The notes beneath the pieces were generated by a model. That model had not been told where the DNA came from and did not search any database. It saw nothing but the letters and a program-made list of their open reading frames with translations. A stretch of 64,000 nt of DNA from Candidatus Magasanikiibacteriota bacterium (GTDB taxonomy: Bacteria > Patescibacteriota > Patescibacteriia > Magasanikbacterales > GWA2-37-8): contig JBAYNU010000002.1 of assembly GCA_041678665.1 (NCBI GenBank), forward strand, positions 5,039 through 69,038, given 5' to 3'. This document shows, piece after piece, positions 19,165-29,124 of the stretch. Within the stretch, counting starts at the first letter, position 1. Each line of letters begins with the position of its first letter. Both the position numbers and the translations under genes were made by a program.

Positions 19165-20403
19165 TCAAGAGTTAATTAAATAATTCATTGGATCAACCGG
19201 AATGCCGTTTAAACGTGTTTCAAAATGAAGATGTGGTCCGGTAACAAACGGTCCAGATCCAATCTTGCCCGGTGTGCCGCCGGAATAACCGATGATGTCT
19301 CCTTTGCCCACAAATTGATCCTCAGAGACGTTGAGACTACTCAAGTGCCCATAAAGAGTAGACAGGTCGCCGGAATGTACTAAAAGGATGTAGCTATAAC
19401 AGGACGCAGTAGTGCACTTTTTTGCTCGCCCCACGTATCCAGCCGCAGCCGCATGTATTGCTGTTCCTTGCGAAGCGCGAATATCTATACCACTATGTTC
19501 AAATACATTACGAAACGGGTAGTCCGGTTCGTGAAAGGTAGCGGTAATATAATGACTAGGTACAGGCCAAACAAAGTTAACCGAATCGGACTCGTTAATT
19601 TTACTTTGCTGTTCTAATTTTTTTCTCACTTGGTCCTCATAATTTCTCACTTCATTTTCGATTGATTTATATTGCTGCTTTAAGCTTTCTAATAAAGTTT
19701 TATACTTTGCTTCGGATGATTGGGTTTGCACCAAAAGTATCTTTTTGTTTCCAGTTTGTTCACCTAAAGTTTTTCTTTTGTTTTCCAATTCTATTTGTAA
19801 ATTTTCATGAGTTTTTTTGCGTTCATTAACTTGCGCTTTTTTATTATCCAAATCTTCTTTAATTAAACGTAAATTTTTAACTGATTGACCCAGATCGGTA
19901 TAGATATTTTCCAAATATTGAACTTGATTATAAAAATCTGAAAAGCTATTATTAGTAAACATTATTTCTAAATATTGTTTTTGATCTTCCGCGTAGACCC
20001 CGCGAATAATAGCGGCAATGATATCTTTTTGTTTGTCTATTACCGCTTTTTTGTCGTTAATAGATAATTGTAAAGCCTCGATTTCAAGTTGGGCTTTATT
20101 AATTTCGGTTTGGGTAAGTTCGATATCAGCATCGGTTTGGGCAATACGATTATCCAGAATACTTAATTGATTTTTAAGTGAAGTCGTTTCCAGCTGTTTT
20201 TGATTAATATTGCTTTGATATTTAGCAATAGTTTCTTCCAATTGTTTAATAGTTTCTTTACGCTTAACTATTTCTTCGTTTAGCCCTGCTATTTCTTCGG
20301 TATTACCACCAATTTCAGCCTGTGCTAAATTAATTTGATAAAAAACAAAAAATAGAGTAAATAATAACCCGGATAATATTACCAATGAGTCTCCTTTTTT
20401 CAT
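19165..20403 (-). CDS. Secreted coiled-coil + M23 peptidase (EnvC/CwlO-like)
   Basis: Signal peptide, long coiled coil, HSGIDI, YGHL, TGPHLHFE. Confidence 0.88.
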   Translation of the reverse strand: MKKGDSLVILSGLLFTLFFVFYQINLAQAEIGGNTEEIAGLNEEIVKRKETIKQLEETIAKYQSNINQKQLETTSLKNQLSILDNRIAQTDADIELTQTEINKAQLEIEALQLSINDKKAVIDKQKDIIAAIIRGVYAEDQKQYLEIMFTNNSFSDFYNQVQYLENIYTDLGQSVKNLRLIKEDLDNKKAQVNERKKTHENLQIELENKRKTLGEQTGNKKILLVQTQSSEAKYKTLLESLKQQYKSIENEVRNYEDQVRKKLEQQSKINESDSVNFVWPVPSHYITATFHEPDYPFRNVFEHSGIDIRASQGTAIHAAAAGYVGRAKKCTTASCYSYILLVHSGDLSTLYGHLSSLNVSEDQFVGKGDIIGYSGGTPGKIGSGPFVTGPHLHFETRLNGIPVDPMNYLINS

Positions 20404-20405
20404 TT

Positions 20406-21980
20406 TTATGATATTAATTTTTTAATAGCTATTTTGATTCTGTTTATAGTTTCGTCTTTTTTCAGAACTTCAGCAATTTCAAATGGCCCCGGTGATTTAT
20501 CTTGTCCAGACAGGGCAACTCGCAGAGGCCATAAAATCTCTCCGTTATTATAATTATTTTCTTTAATCCACTCCCCTATTTTAATTTCTAAATCACTCTT
20601 ATTCCAAGATTGAACACTAAAAGTATTCAGCAACTCTTCTAGGCCCGGTAAAACTTTTGTCACAGTCTCCATATTACTCTTTTTCCATACCAAAAGCGAG
20701 CTGTCATATTCTGGTAATTCAAACACAAATGCTAATGCTTTCGGCAGCTCCGCGAGTGTCGCGACTCTTTCACGCTCCAATGGTAACGCCTTTGTTAGTT
20801 GTTCATTATTAATTGTTAATTTACTGGTTTTAAAAAAAGGTACCACTCTTTCCACTAAATTTTCTAACGGCAGGCGTTTAATATACTCTTTATTAAACCA
20901 ATCCAATTTTTCCAAATTAAATACCGCTCCGGATTTATTTACTTTGGCAAAATCAAATTCTTTAATCAAATCCTCTAAAGTAAAAAGCTCGCGATTGTCT
21001 CCCGGATTCCAACCTAAAAATGCTACAAAATTTATAACTGCTTCCGGCAAATAACCTTTTTTAATATAATCCTCCACCGCCACATCACCCTGGCGCTTGC
21101 TTAACTTGGATTTGTCGAAATTCAAAAGCAGGGGCAAGTGAGCGAATTCGGGCGGCTGCCAGCCGAAATATTTATAAAGCTGTAAATGTTTGGGAGTGCT
21201 GGAAATCCACTCTTCGCCACGACTGGCGACGGTAATCCCCATTAGATGATCGTCCACTACTACGGCCAAATGGTAAGTGGGAAAGCCATCGGATTTAATA
21301 ATTACCTGATCATCAACCAGCTCATTTTTTATTCTGATTTCCCCACGAATTAGATCATTAAAAACCGTTTCGCCGAATTTTGGCATTTTCATGCGAATAA
21401 CATGCTTTTCGCCGCCCGCGATACGTTTTTTGGCTTCCTGAGGATCAATGCCGGCGCATAAACCATCGTATCCGGTTGGTATTTTATTTTTCTGCTGCTT
21501 TTCTCGTAATTCCATTAAACGCTCCGATGAACAAAAACAATAATAAGCGTGACCTCTATCTAATAATTCCTGGGCATATTTTTGATAAATTTCCAAACGT
21601 TCAGACTGTATATATGGTCCACGTTTACCCACCTGCGCCACACAATTGTCATTCTGAGGCGCAGCTGAAGAATCCTTTTGGCTTTCAGGTGACAAGAGAT
21701 CCTTCCCTGAAGGGGTCCCTTTGGGATGCCCGCTCAGGATGACATTATCAGCGCTCTTTTTTAAAACTACGCCCTCATCTGGAACCAGGCCGGCCCAAAC
21801 TAAGGAATTTAAAATATTTTTTACGCCATCCTCGACAAATCGCTCGCGGTCGGTATCCTCGATACGCAACAAAAACTGTCCGCCGTGTTTCTTGGCGTAA
21901 AGATAGGCATACAAAGCCGTGCGCAAACCGCCAATATGCAAATAACCGGTGGGACTAGGAGCAAAACGAGTTCTAATCAT
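20406..21980 (-). CDS. gltX: Glutamate--tRNA ligase with two repeat-derived segments
   Basis: RFAPSPTG-LHIGG, RIEDTD, KLSKR. Confidence 0.97.
   Translation of the reverse strand: MIRTRFAPSPTGYLHIGGLRTALYAYLYAKKHGGQFLLRIEDTDRERFVEDGVKNILNSLVWAGLVPDEGVVLKKSADNVILSGHPKGTPSGKDLLSPESQKDSSAAPQNDNCVAQVGKRGPYIQSERLEIYQKYAQELLDRGHAYYCFCSSERLMELREKQQKNKIPTGYDGLCAGIDPQEAKKRIAGGEKHVIRMKMPKFGETVFNDLIRGEIRIKNELVDDQVIIKSDGFPTYHLAVVVDDHLMGITVASRGEEWISSTPKHLQLYKYFGWQPPEFAHLPLLLNFDKSKLSKRQGDVAVEDYIKKGYLPEAVINFVAFLGWNPGDNRELFTLEDLIKEFDFAKVNKSGAVFNLEKLDWFNKEYIKRLPLENLVERVVPFFKTSKLTINNEQLTKALPLERERVATLAELPKALAFVFELPEYDSSLLVWKKSNMETVTKVLPGLEELLNTFSVQSWNKSDLEIKIGEWIKENNYNNGEILWPLRVALSGQDKSPGPFEIAEVLKKDETINRIKIAIKKLIS
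20792..20822 (-). repeat. Heptamer array (AATTAAC family) inside GltX
   Basis: Minus strand aattaac aattaat aatgaac aactaac = KLTINNEQLT. Confidence 0.75.
21647..21744. repeat. TGTCAT...ATGACA palindromic element in frame in gltX
   Basis: tgtcattctgag...gaagaatcc...gatccttc...ctcaggatgaca; encodes VILSGHPKGTPSGKDLLSPESQKDSSAAPQND. Confidence 0.88.
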
Positions 21981-22734
21981 AATATTTTGATTTTATCACC
22001 AACCAAGTAAATACTATGGTAGCATTTATTATTCTAATTAATCTCTTAGGCTGAATAATTAGTCGATACATCCATTCTAACCCAATTCGGCGTAAAAATA
22101 AAGGGGCGCGCGGCACGGCACCGGAAATATAATCAAATGACCCTCCTACCCCCATTGCAATTTTAACCTTAGGGATTTTAGCTAAATTTTCGTGGATCCA
22201 TTTTTCTTGCTTACTCATACCAAAAGCAACGAAAAGAATATCCGTACTAAAATTATTTATTTTATTTAAAATTGTTTCGTTATCAGCGATTATTAATTCG
22301 TAGTTATTAATTCGTAGTTCTTCAATCTTCGGGCCCTTGTTGTATCCCGCGATTTTTAAATTCGGAAATTGCTTCTGTAAATTTTCCGCTGTTTTTTTGA
22401 CCACATCCTCACTGCCTGAACCAAGCAAATATATACTTTTTTCCTGTTCTGCCGCTAATTTACAAATATCCAGCATAAAGTCTACGCCGGTCACACGCTT
22501 TAAATTAAAAAACAATTTTAACCCAAATCCATCGCAGGTATTAACATCGCCAGTATTTAGTACTTGTTTAAAATATTCGTCTTTCTGCGCGCGCACGATC
22601 ATTTCGGGATTAATGGTGTAAATTTTAGCCTGCTTTTCGGAGTGCAAAAAATCTTTCGCTACGTTAATAGCTCCATCTTTGGTATAACTTTCCACTTTTA
22701 CCCCAAGCGCAAACATGTAATTATTTTTTTTCAC
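21973..22734 (-). CDS. WecB/TagA/CpsF glycosyltransferase
   Basis: TINPE, RVTGVD, KQEKWI, GVGGSFD, RAP..GLEWMYRL; start uncertain. Confidence 0.92.
   Translation of the reverse strand: MKKNNYMFALGVKVESYTKDGAINVAKDFLHSEKQAKIYTINPEMIVRAQKDEYFKQVLNTGDVNTCDGFGLKLFFNLKRVTGVDFMLDICKLAAEQEKSIYLLGSGSEDVVKKTAENLQKQFPNLKIAGYNKGPKIEELRINNYELIIADNETILNKINNFSTDILFVAFGMSKQEKWIHENLAKIPKVKIAMGVGGSFDYISGAVPRAPLFLRRIGLEWMYRLIIQPKRLIRIINATIVFTWLVIKSKYYD
22290..22324. repeat. 7-nt periodic array inside wecB
   Basis: ttattaa ttcgtag ttattaa ttcgtag ttcttca = EELRINNYELII on the minus strand. Confidence 0.65.
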
Positions 22735-22975
22735 CTTTAATAATATATAAAGAAACCATCACTACCAAAATCGTTAGAATTAAAGCATACAATAATTTAG
22801 CCAATGCTCCGTCACCGCTAGCCAACGGAAAATATTTTTCAATCAAGGACTTAACGGCTTCGTTCCATGCCAGAGATACTATCAAGCCAAGGCCAGCCAT
22901 GATGTAAGTGCCGATTTTGTGTTTTACCTCCAAGCGTACCTTTTGGGCTTCGGATTTAATGTCGATAGTGGGCAT
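22721..22975 (-). CDS. Small 2-TM protein (DUF5654-like)
   Basis: GLIVSLAWNEAV...YALILT pattern. Confidence 0.7.
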   Translation of the reverse strand: MPTIDIKSEAQKVRLEVKHKIGTYIMAGLGLIVSLAWNEAVKSLIEKYFPLASGDGALAKLLYALILTILVVMVSLYIIKGEKK

Positions 22976-22977
22976 AA

Positions 22978-23457
22978 TTACTTTAATTTAAATACATTAA
23001 TTAATTTTTTGATTTGCCTAACAAATAAAACATTGAGAACATTGGGAACAAATTTATAATAAGCGATATTTAGTAAAATTAAAATTACAATCACTATCGC
23101 ATCGTAGCTCTGGCGCATCCAATAATTATCTTCAAGTCGCACCCACATGCCGAATTCATCAAAAGTCAAGCCCAAGCCGACTCCATAAAAAAGTGCTGAC
23201 CAACGAAAAGCATCTGATTCTGCCGGCGGACGACGTAAAAGCAGATACAGACCAACTATGCATAAAATAACCACACCGTAAGTAAAATGATGAATGTGGA
23301 CACCTTTAACAGTGAGAAAAAGATTGGGCATTAAATGGCCAAGCACCAAATATACCACCAGACGCGAGGCGGCGAAGGTAATCAAAAACGCAAAAGCAAC
23401 CAAACCAATGATGCGCTTGGAGGTGATTGACTGATTTTGAGTAACGAAATTCTTCAT
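22978..23457 (-). CDS. Conserved membrane protein with HIHH motif
   Basis: GVHIHHFTYG, GLGLTFDEF, YW; 4-5 TM. Confidence 0.7.
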   Translation of the reverse strand: MKNFVTQNQSITSKRIIGLVAFAFLITFAASRLVVYLVLGHLMPNLFLTVKGVHIHHFTYGVVILCIVGLYLLLRRPPAESDAFRWSALFYGVGLGLTFDEFGMWVRLEDNYWMRQSYDAIVIVILILLNIAYYKFVPNVLNVLFVRQIKKLINVFKLK

Positions 23458-23491
23458 AGAAATAATGCCTACATTATACTAGATTTTTTAT

Positions 23492-23530
23492 AAAAAAACA
23501 ACCCGATTTAGTAAAGACTAAAGCGGGTTG
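23492..23530 (-). terminator. Minus-strand intrinsic terminator
   Basis: caacccg-a-tttagt/actaaa-g-cgggttg stem with an A-tract on the left. Confidence 0.6.
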
Positions 23531-23702
23531 GAAAGCTTCTTAGAATTAACACCCAAATCTGTAAAGCCAGTATACAATACCGGCGACGACTGGAACTAGC
23601 AAAAGGCCTGCAAGCCTACTTTTCCAATGGCGTTCTCATACGTGCCTTCCTTTCCATAAAAAGAACGACTTTTTCGATATTTGTGCTATAATACTAGTAT
23701 AC

Positions 23703-23758
23703 TTGACATATTTGTTCAGTATGGTAAAATATTATCACTCTCAGTGGTAGAGTGATAA
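23703..23758 (+). promoter_or_regulatory. clpB promoter with variant CIRCE (HrcA operator)
   Basis: TTGACA 23703, TGnTAAAAT 23722-23730; TTATCACTC-N9-GAGTGATAA 23732-23758. Confidence 0.8.
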
Positions 23759-23770
23759 ATCCAAAACGTT

Positions 23771-23831
23771 TTGAATTTTGATATTTATATTTTAAATTTA
23801 TTTAGAATTTGTAATTTTGAATTTATAATTT
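23771..23831 (+). repeat. Degenerate NNAATTT periodic array in the clpB leader
   Basis: ...agaattt gtaattt tgaattt ataattt; very AT-rich, so partly chance. Confidence 0.45.
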
Positions 23832-23835
23832 AAAT

Positions 23836-26466
23836 ATGCCTCCTCAAAATTTTACCAATAAATCCCAAGAAGCCATCCAGCGCGCGGCACAGATCGCCAC
23901 TCAAAACGGCCAATCTCAAGTTGATCCGCCACATTTGTTTTTCGCGTTTTTAGACGACGAGGAAGGCGTGGTGGTTTCTATTTTGCGCAAACTCAATGCC
24001 AACCTTATTTCCATCCGCGCCGGTATTCAAGCGCTCATCGACCAAATGCCCAAAGGCACTTCCCTGCCTCAAGGCGGTGTTGGTCAAATCATGCTTGGCC
24101 AGGCGATGTTATATATTTTCAATACTGCTGGACAAGAAGCCCAACGTATGGGTGATGAATTTATCAGTTTGGAACATTTATTTTTGGCGTTTCTTACCGG
24201 CAAGAATCCCATCAGCGAGCTTTTAAACAAACATAATGTTAATTACGATCAAACCTTAAAAGCTCTGTCATCTATTCGAGGCACACAAAAAGTGGATAGC
24301 CCGGAGCCAGAGGCCAAATATAATTCTTTAGAAAAATATGGTAAAAATTTGACTGACTTGGCACGGAAAGAAAAAATTGATCCGGTAATTGGACGTGATG
24401 ACGAAATCCGCCGTGTCTTGCAAATCCTTTCTCGTCGCACCAAAAATAATCCAGTATTAATTGGCGAACCTGGCACCGGTAAAACTGCCATTGCCGAAGG
24501 ATTGGCCCAAAGAATTGTGAACGGTGATGTGCCAGAATCGTTAAAAAATAAGGAAATAATCGCTTTGGACATTGGCTCGCTTTTGGCCGGCACTAAGTTT
24601 CGCGGTGAATTTGAAGATCGTCTTAAGGCCGTGCTAAAAGAAATTAATGCTTCAGGCGGAAAATTTATTTTATTTATCGATGAACTACACACCATCGTAG
24701 GCGCGGGCGCTACCGAAGGCAGTATGGACGCGTCCAACATGCTTAAACCAATGCTCGCGCGCGGTGAGCTACATTGTATCGGCGCTACTACTCTTAAAGA
24801 ATACCAAAAATATATCGAAAAAGACGCGGCCTTGGAACGCCGTTTCCAACCGGTAATGGTTGCCGAGCCTTCGGTGGCCGATGCTATCGCCATCTTGCGG
24901 GGCATCAAAGATAAATATGAAATTCACCACGGTGTGCGCATTACCGACCCGGCCCTACTCGCGGCGGTAAAACTTTCCGACCGTTATATTAGCGATCGCT
25001 TTTTGCCGGACAAAGCGATAGATTTAATAGACGAAGCGGCCAGCGCTCTGCGCCTAGAAATTGACTCCATGCCCGAGGAACTAGATAAAATGAAACGCCA
25101 AGAAATTAAATTTGAAATCGAAAAACGCGCTCTCAAAAAAGAAACCGACGAAGATTCCAAAGCGCGCCTCGCCAAAATAGAAAAAGAGTTGGCGGACATG
25201 AAAGAAAAATCTTCAGAACTCGAAGCTAAATGGAAAAATGAAAAAGAAATTATTACCAGAATTCACGACCGCAAAAAGGAAATTGATACCTTTAAACAAC
25301 AAGCAGAAATTGAAGAACGTAGAGGCGACTTGCAAAAAGTAGCCGAAATTCGGTATGGTAAAATTCCTTTATTGGAAGGAGAAAATCGCGTTGATGAAAA
25401 AAAATTAATTGAGTTACAAAAGAATCGTGGAATTTTGAAAGAAGAAGTCTCGGAAAGAGATATCGCCGAAGTAGTGGCACGCTGGACTGGCATTCCCACC
25501 TCCAAAATGTTACAAGATGAGTTAACCAAACTTACCGAAATGGAATCAACGTTGGAAAAAAGAGTGGTGGGGCAAAAAGAAGCCCTTAAATCAATGGCTA
25601 ATTCGATTCGGCGCAGTCGCGCTGGCATTTCTGACCCCAAACGCCCAATGGGTTCGTTTATCTTTCTTGGGCCAACCGGTGTGGGAAAAACCGAACTGGC
25701 CAAAGCGCTAGCGGAATTTTTATTTGATACCGAAGATGCGCTGGTACGCGTGGATATGAGTGAATATATGGAAAAACATGCAACGTCCAAAATTATCGGA
25801 TCTCCCCCCGGCTACGTCGGCTTTGAAGAAGGCGGACAACTCACTGAAATAATTCGCCGTCGACCTTACGCCGTAGTATTATTTGATGAAATTGAAAAAG
25901 CGCACCCGGATGTCTTTAATATCCTTTTGCAAATTCTTGATGACGGTCATATTACTGATGCCAAGGGACGCATCGTGAACTTCAAAAACACTGTAATTAT
26001 TATGACCAGTAATATTGGCAGCCAGGAAATTTTGGATTTCAATAAAAAGGGTGAATTGGGCTTTGGTAAAAGTCATGCTGGTAAAAAACAAAATGAAGAC
26101 GAAATTAACAAACGAATGATGGATTTGTTACGCGAACGCTTTAAACCAGAATTCATCAACCGCGTGGATGAAATTATTGTTTTTCATTCTTTAAACGAAA
26201 AACAAATTGAAGAAATTGTAAACATACAATTAACACAAGTGCAAAAACGATTGGATGATAAAAAAATAACTTTGAACGTGGATGAAGCGGCCAAAAAACA
26301 TCTAGCCAAAGAAGGCTATAATCCGGACTTTGGCGCGCGTCCACTAAAACGGCTCATCCAAAGCGAAATTTTGGATGAACTGGCTTTGCGGATTATCGAA
26401 GGCAAAGTGAAAGATGGGCAAACAGTGAAAGTGGGTATGGAAAAGGGTAAGATTGTGGTAAAGTAA
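23836..26466 (+). CDS. clpB: Chaperone ClpB
   Basis: Two AAA+ modules ([16 protein letters not shown]), long M-domain coiled coil, GARPL. Confidence 0.97.
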   Translation: MPPQNFTNKSQEAIQRAAQIATQNGQSQVDPPHLFFAFLDDEEGVVVSILRKLNANLISIRAGIQALIDQMPKGTSLPQGGVGQIMLGQAMLYIFNTAGQEAQRMGDEFISLEHLFLAFLTGKNPISELLNKHNVNYDQTLKALSSIRGTQKVDSPEPEAKYNSLEKYGKNLTDLARKEKIDPVIGRDDEIRRVLQILSRRTKNNPVLIGEPGTGKTAIAEGLAQRIVNGDVPESLKNKEIIALDIGSLLAGTKFRGEFEDRLKAVLKEINASGGKFILFIDELHTIVGAGATEGSMDASNMLKPMLARGELHCIGATTLKEYQKYIEKDAALERRFQPVMVAEPSVADAIAILRGIKDKYEIHHGVRITDPALLAAVKLSDRYISDRFLPDKAIDLIDEAASALRLEIDSMPEELDKMKRQEIKFEIEKRALKKETDEDSKARLAKIEKELADMKEKSSELEAKWKNEKEIITRIHDRKKEIDTFKQQAEIEERRGDLQKVAEIRYGKIPLLEGENRVDEKKLIELQKNRGILKEEVSERDIAEVVARWTGIPTSKMLQDELTKLTEMESTLEKRVVGQKEALKSMANSIRRSRAGISDPKRPMGSFIFLGPTGVGKTELAKALAEFLFDTEDALVRVDMSEYMEKHATSKIIGSPPGYVGFEEGGQLTEIIRRRPYAVVLFDEIEKAHPDVFNILLQILDDGHITDAKGRIVNFKNTVIIMTSNIGSQEILDFNKKGELGFGKSHAGKKQNEDEINKRMMDLLRERFKPEFINRVDEIIVFHSLNEKQIEEIVNIQLTQVQKRLDDKKITLNVDEAAKKHLAKEGYNPDFGARPLKRLIQSEILDELALRIIEGKVKDGQTVKVGMEKGKIVVK

Positions 26467-26580
26467 ACTCTATTAAAATACAGGAGGGACTTTTCTACTG
26501 TGACAGACGTTGGTGTGAAAAAGAAAAAAATATAATAAAAACGAGCAGTTTTAAGTCATGCTCGGGACTTTTCTCATTTC

Positions 26581-26841
26581 TTACACAGCATGGCGATAAA
26601 TCTCATTAATAATCTCATAAAGATGCCGGGCTTCTTCGGCATCCTCTGCCGCTTTTTTTATAGCGGCATAGTTTTTTGCCGCTAGATTCTTCAGAATTTC
26701 CCCAGGGGACATCTTAATATTACGATCGTTATTGAGCATCGTCAAGATGAATGTGTCCCCTTTCTCCAGTTTTTGCCGCAAATATGGCAAATCTGTATAT
26801 AGCTCACAAGCCCTATTTATAAACTCTACTGGAAATTTCAT
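26581..26841 (-). CDS. Hypothetical protein, solo transcription unit
   Basis: AAGGAGGAG SD; TTGACA (26904-26899) and TATAAT (26882-26877) on the minus strand; hairpin downstream. Confidence 0.6.
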   Translation of the reverse strand: MKFPVEFINRACELYTDLPYLRQKLEKGDTFILTMLNNDRNIKMSPGEILKNLAAKNYAAIKKAAEDAEEARHLYEIINEIYRHAV

Positions 26842-27039
26842 TTTCTCCTCCTTTAATGTTAATAGACCCTAATAACATTATACAGATCCCAAACCAATTG
26901 TCAAGGGGGTTTATAAAATAACTACGGGGGAAATAAGTATAATAATTTTGTTAATCAAAAAAATACTATAAAATCTTGGTTTTTTGTTAAAAACATTGTA
27001 TAATACTGATAGTAAATAAAAAATCAAGTTAAAAATAAT

Positions 27040-27444
27040 ATGCTCCAAATAACTCCCTACGATCCATGCGGCCATACAAAATTAGCGGTTTCTGATTTTA
27101 AAAAAAGCTATACTTTTTATAAAGAAATTTTTGATGAGCTCGAATACCAACTGGTTTCAAATAAAGATGACCACGCTACTTGGGCTAGCCCAGATGGATA
27201 CGCTATTTTAATAACGCAGGCCAAAATAACCAACTACCCATACAAATTTGGCGCTCCCGGACTGCACCATCTTTGTTTAAAAGCCCATTCAGCGGAATTA
27301 GTGGATAAGATATACCAACTTTTACGGAAAAAAGGTGTTTATATATTTGACACCCCTCAAAAATATCCGGATTATACGGACAAATATTACGCTGTATATT
27401 TCGCTGATCCAGACGGAATAAAATTGGAAGTAGCTTATTATTGA
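27040..27444 (+). CDS. VOC/glyoxalase family protein
   Basis: H..LAVSD...FY, GLHHLCL, YYAVYFADPDGIKLE. Confidence 0.88.
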   Translation: MLQITPYDPCGHTKLAVSDFKKSYTFYKEIFDELEYQLVSNKDDHATWASPDGYAILITQAKITNYPYKFGAPGLHHLCLKAHSAELVDKIYQLLRKKGVYIFDTPQKYPDYTDKYYAVYFADPDGIKLEVAYY

Positions 27445-27480
27445 ATTCGTATATTCAAAACCTATAATATTAAATTTTAT

Positions 27481-28005
27481 ATGGATATCAAAACAGCCAT
27501 CGCTCAACGCCGCAGTATTCGAAAATACCAAGACAAAGAAGTGCCCAATGATTTGATTGAAGAAATTATAGACGCCGCACGTTTGGCGCCGTCGGGAAAA
27601 AATTCTCAACCCTGGCGATTTTATATTGTTAAAGATCGCAAAATTAAAAACGAGTTCAAAGCTAATAAAATTTTTACCCGGGATTTCGTATATAATTCTC
27701 CCGCGTTTATTATCTGCTGTGCTGATCCGAATGTCTATCAGCACCACCCCGAAGAATTTGATAATCAAAATGACATTCGCGCCAACCGCGATCTAGCTAT
27801 TGCGTCGGCATTTTTGATATTACGCGCGACCGAATTAGGGCTTGGCACTTGCTATATCGGCTCAGTAAATCGAGATAAAATTAAAAATATTTTAAATATC
27901 CCCTCTTCCTATCTGGTTCCCTATGTTATTACTGTGGGCTACCCAAATGAAAACCCCCAACCAACGCCGAGAAAAAAACTGGAAGAAATTGTATTATTAT
28001 CATAA
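27481..28005 (+). CDS. Nitroreductase family protein
   Basis: RRSIRKY, APSGKNSQPW, GLGTCYIG, VGYP. Confidence 0.92.
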   Translation: MDIKTAIAQRRSIRKYQDKEVPNDLIEEIIDAARLAPSGKNSQPWRFYIVKDRKIKNEFKANKIFTRDFVYNSPAFIICCADPNVYQHHPEEFDNQNDIRANRDLAIASAFLILRATELGLGTCYIGSVNRDKIKNILNIPSSYLVPYVITVGYPNENPQPTPRKKLEEIVLLS

Positions 28006-28014
28006 AAACTAATT

Positions 28015-29064
28015 ATGTCTTTGGTCCCCTACACAAAAATCGAAATAAAAGAAAATGGCGAACCGATGGTTGACTTGGATAAGTATGATTTTTTATTAGA
28101 GCCAAAATATTTTCAACAAGAACTTTCCCCTACCCCCAAAATGTATTTACGCGAGGGGGTGGCTCAAAAATTGTTAAAAGTACAAAAATCTTTAAGCCCA
28201 CTACGCCTAAAAATTTGGGATGCGTTTCGATCGCGTGATGTACAAAATAATATTTACCAAAAATACTGGCAAGAATTTAAAATAGCTCACCCCGAGTGGG
28301 ACAATCTTACTCTGGAATTAGAAGTAGGTAAATTTGTTTCACCTCCATACCAAACAGAGAGAATTCCTCCGCACGCTACCGGCGGCACGGTGGATTTAAC
28401 TTTGGCTGATGAAAATGGCCACGAACTGGACATGGGGACAATATTTGATCATTTTGGACCCGAAGCACAACCGGAGTATTTTGAGACACATGCCGGCAAT
28501 CCAACGGCCGCAAAAAATAGAAAAATTCTGCGAGAAGCCATGAAAGCCGAGGGTTTTACAACGGATCAAGACGAGTGGTGGCACTTTGATTATGGCAATC
28601 AAATGTGGGCGCTAAAAAGCGACCGGTCACCAGCGTTTTATGGAGAAGCAAATATATCAAAAATGCTTCAAGAAATTAGCGCTGGCGGAGTGGTGGTAAA
28701 CAATGATAAGGTGCTGGTTGTTTTTCAGGACAAAACTCAAACTTGGGCCTTGCCCAAAGGACATATAGATGAAGGAGAAACACCAGAAACCGCCGCCCGC
28801 CGAGAAATTTATGAAGAAGCCGGCATCACCGACCTAATTTTTATCAAAGAGCTAGGTTCTTACACTCGTGGCACCAAAAAACATCCGGATATCAAAAAAT
28901 TTATTACGATATCACTGTTTACCACCAATCAAAACGCACTGCAACCACTTGACATAGAAAATTCTGCAGCCAAGTGGGTGGATATCGAAGAAGTAGCTGA
29001 TTTATTGAGCTACAACGAAGATAAAAAATTCTTTTTGAAATTTAAAGACTCGCTTGATAAATAA
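28015..29064 (+). CDS. VanX/DdpX-type D-Ala-D-Ala dipeptidase (M15) fused to a Nudix domain
   Basis: WDAFR, PPHATGGTVDLT, EWWHFDYG; then WALPKGHIDEGE..AARREIYEEAG. Confidence 0.85.
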   Translation: MSLVPYTKIEIKENGEPMVDLDKYDFLLEPKYFQQELSPTPKMYLREGVAQKLLKVQKSLSPLRLKIWDAFRSRDVQNNIYQKYWQEFKIAHPEWDNLTLELEVGKFVSPPYQTERIPPHATGGTVDLTLADENGHELDMGTIFDHFGPEAQPEYFETHAGNPTAAKNRKILREAMKAEGFTTDQDEWWHFDYGNQMWALKSDRSPAFYGEANISKMLQEISAGGVVVNNDKVLVVFQDKTQTWALPKGHIDEGETPETAARREIYEEAGITDLIFIKELGSYTRGTKKHPDIKKFITISLFTTNQNALQPLDIENSAAKWVDIEEVADLLSYNEDKKFFLKFKDSLDK

Positions 29065-29124
29065 AGCTTGGTTCTTATCTCAAAACATGGTATAATAAAA
29101 TCGGACTTATTTAATCCGGTTTTT

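Noticed and set aside
24249-26091. Long antisense ORFs within clpB (also within rpoA, mreB and atp genes)
   Set aside because: Mirror-frame artefacts of conserved genes on the opposite strand.
26484-26574. 11-bp direct repeat gggacttttct downstream of clpB
   Set aside because: Two short copies enclosing no gene; cannot be distinguished from chance.
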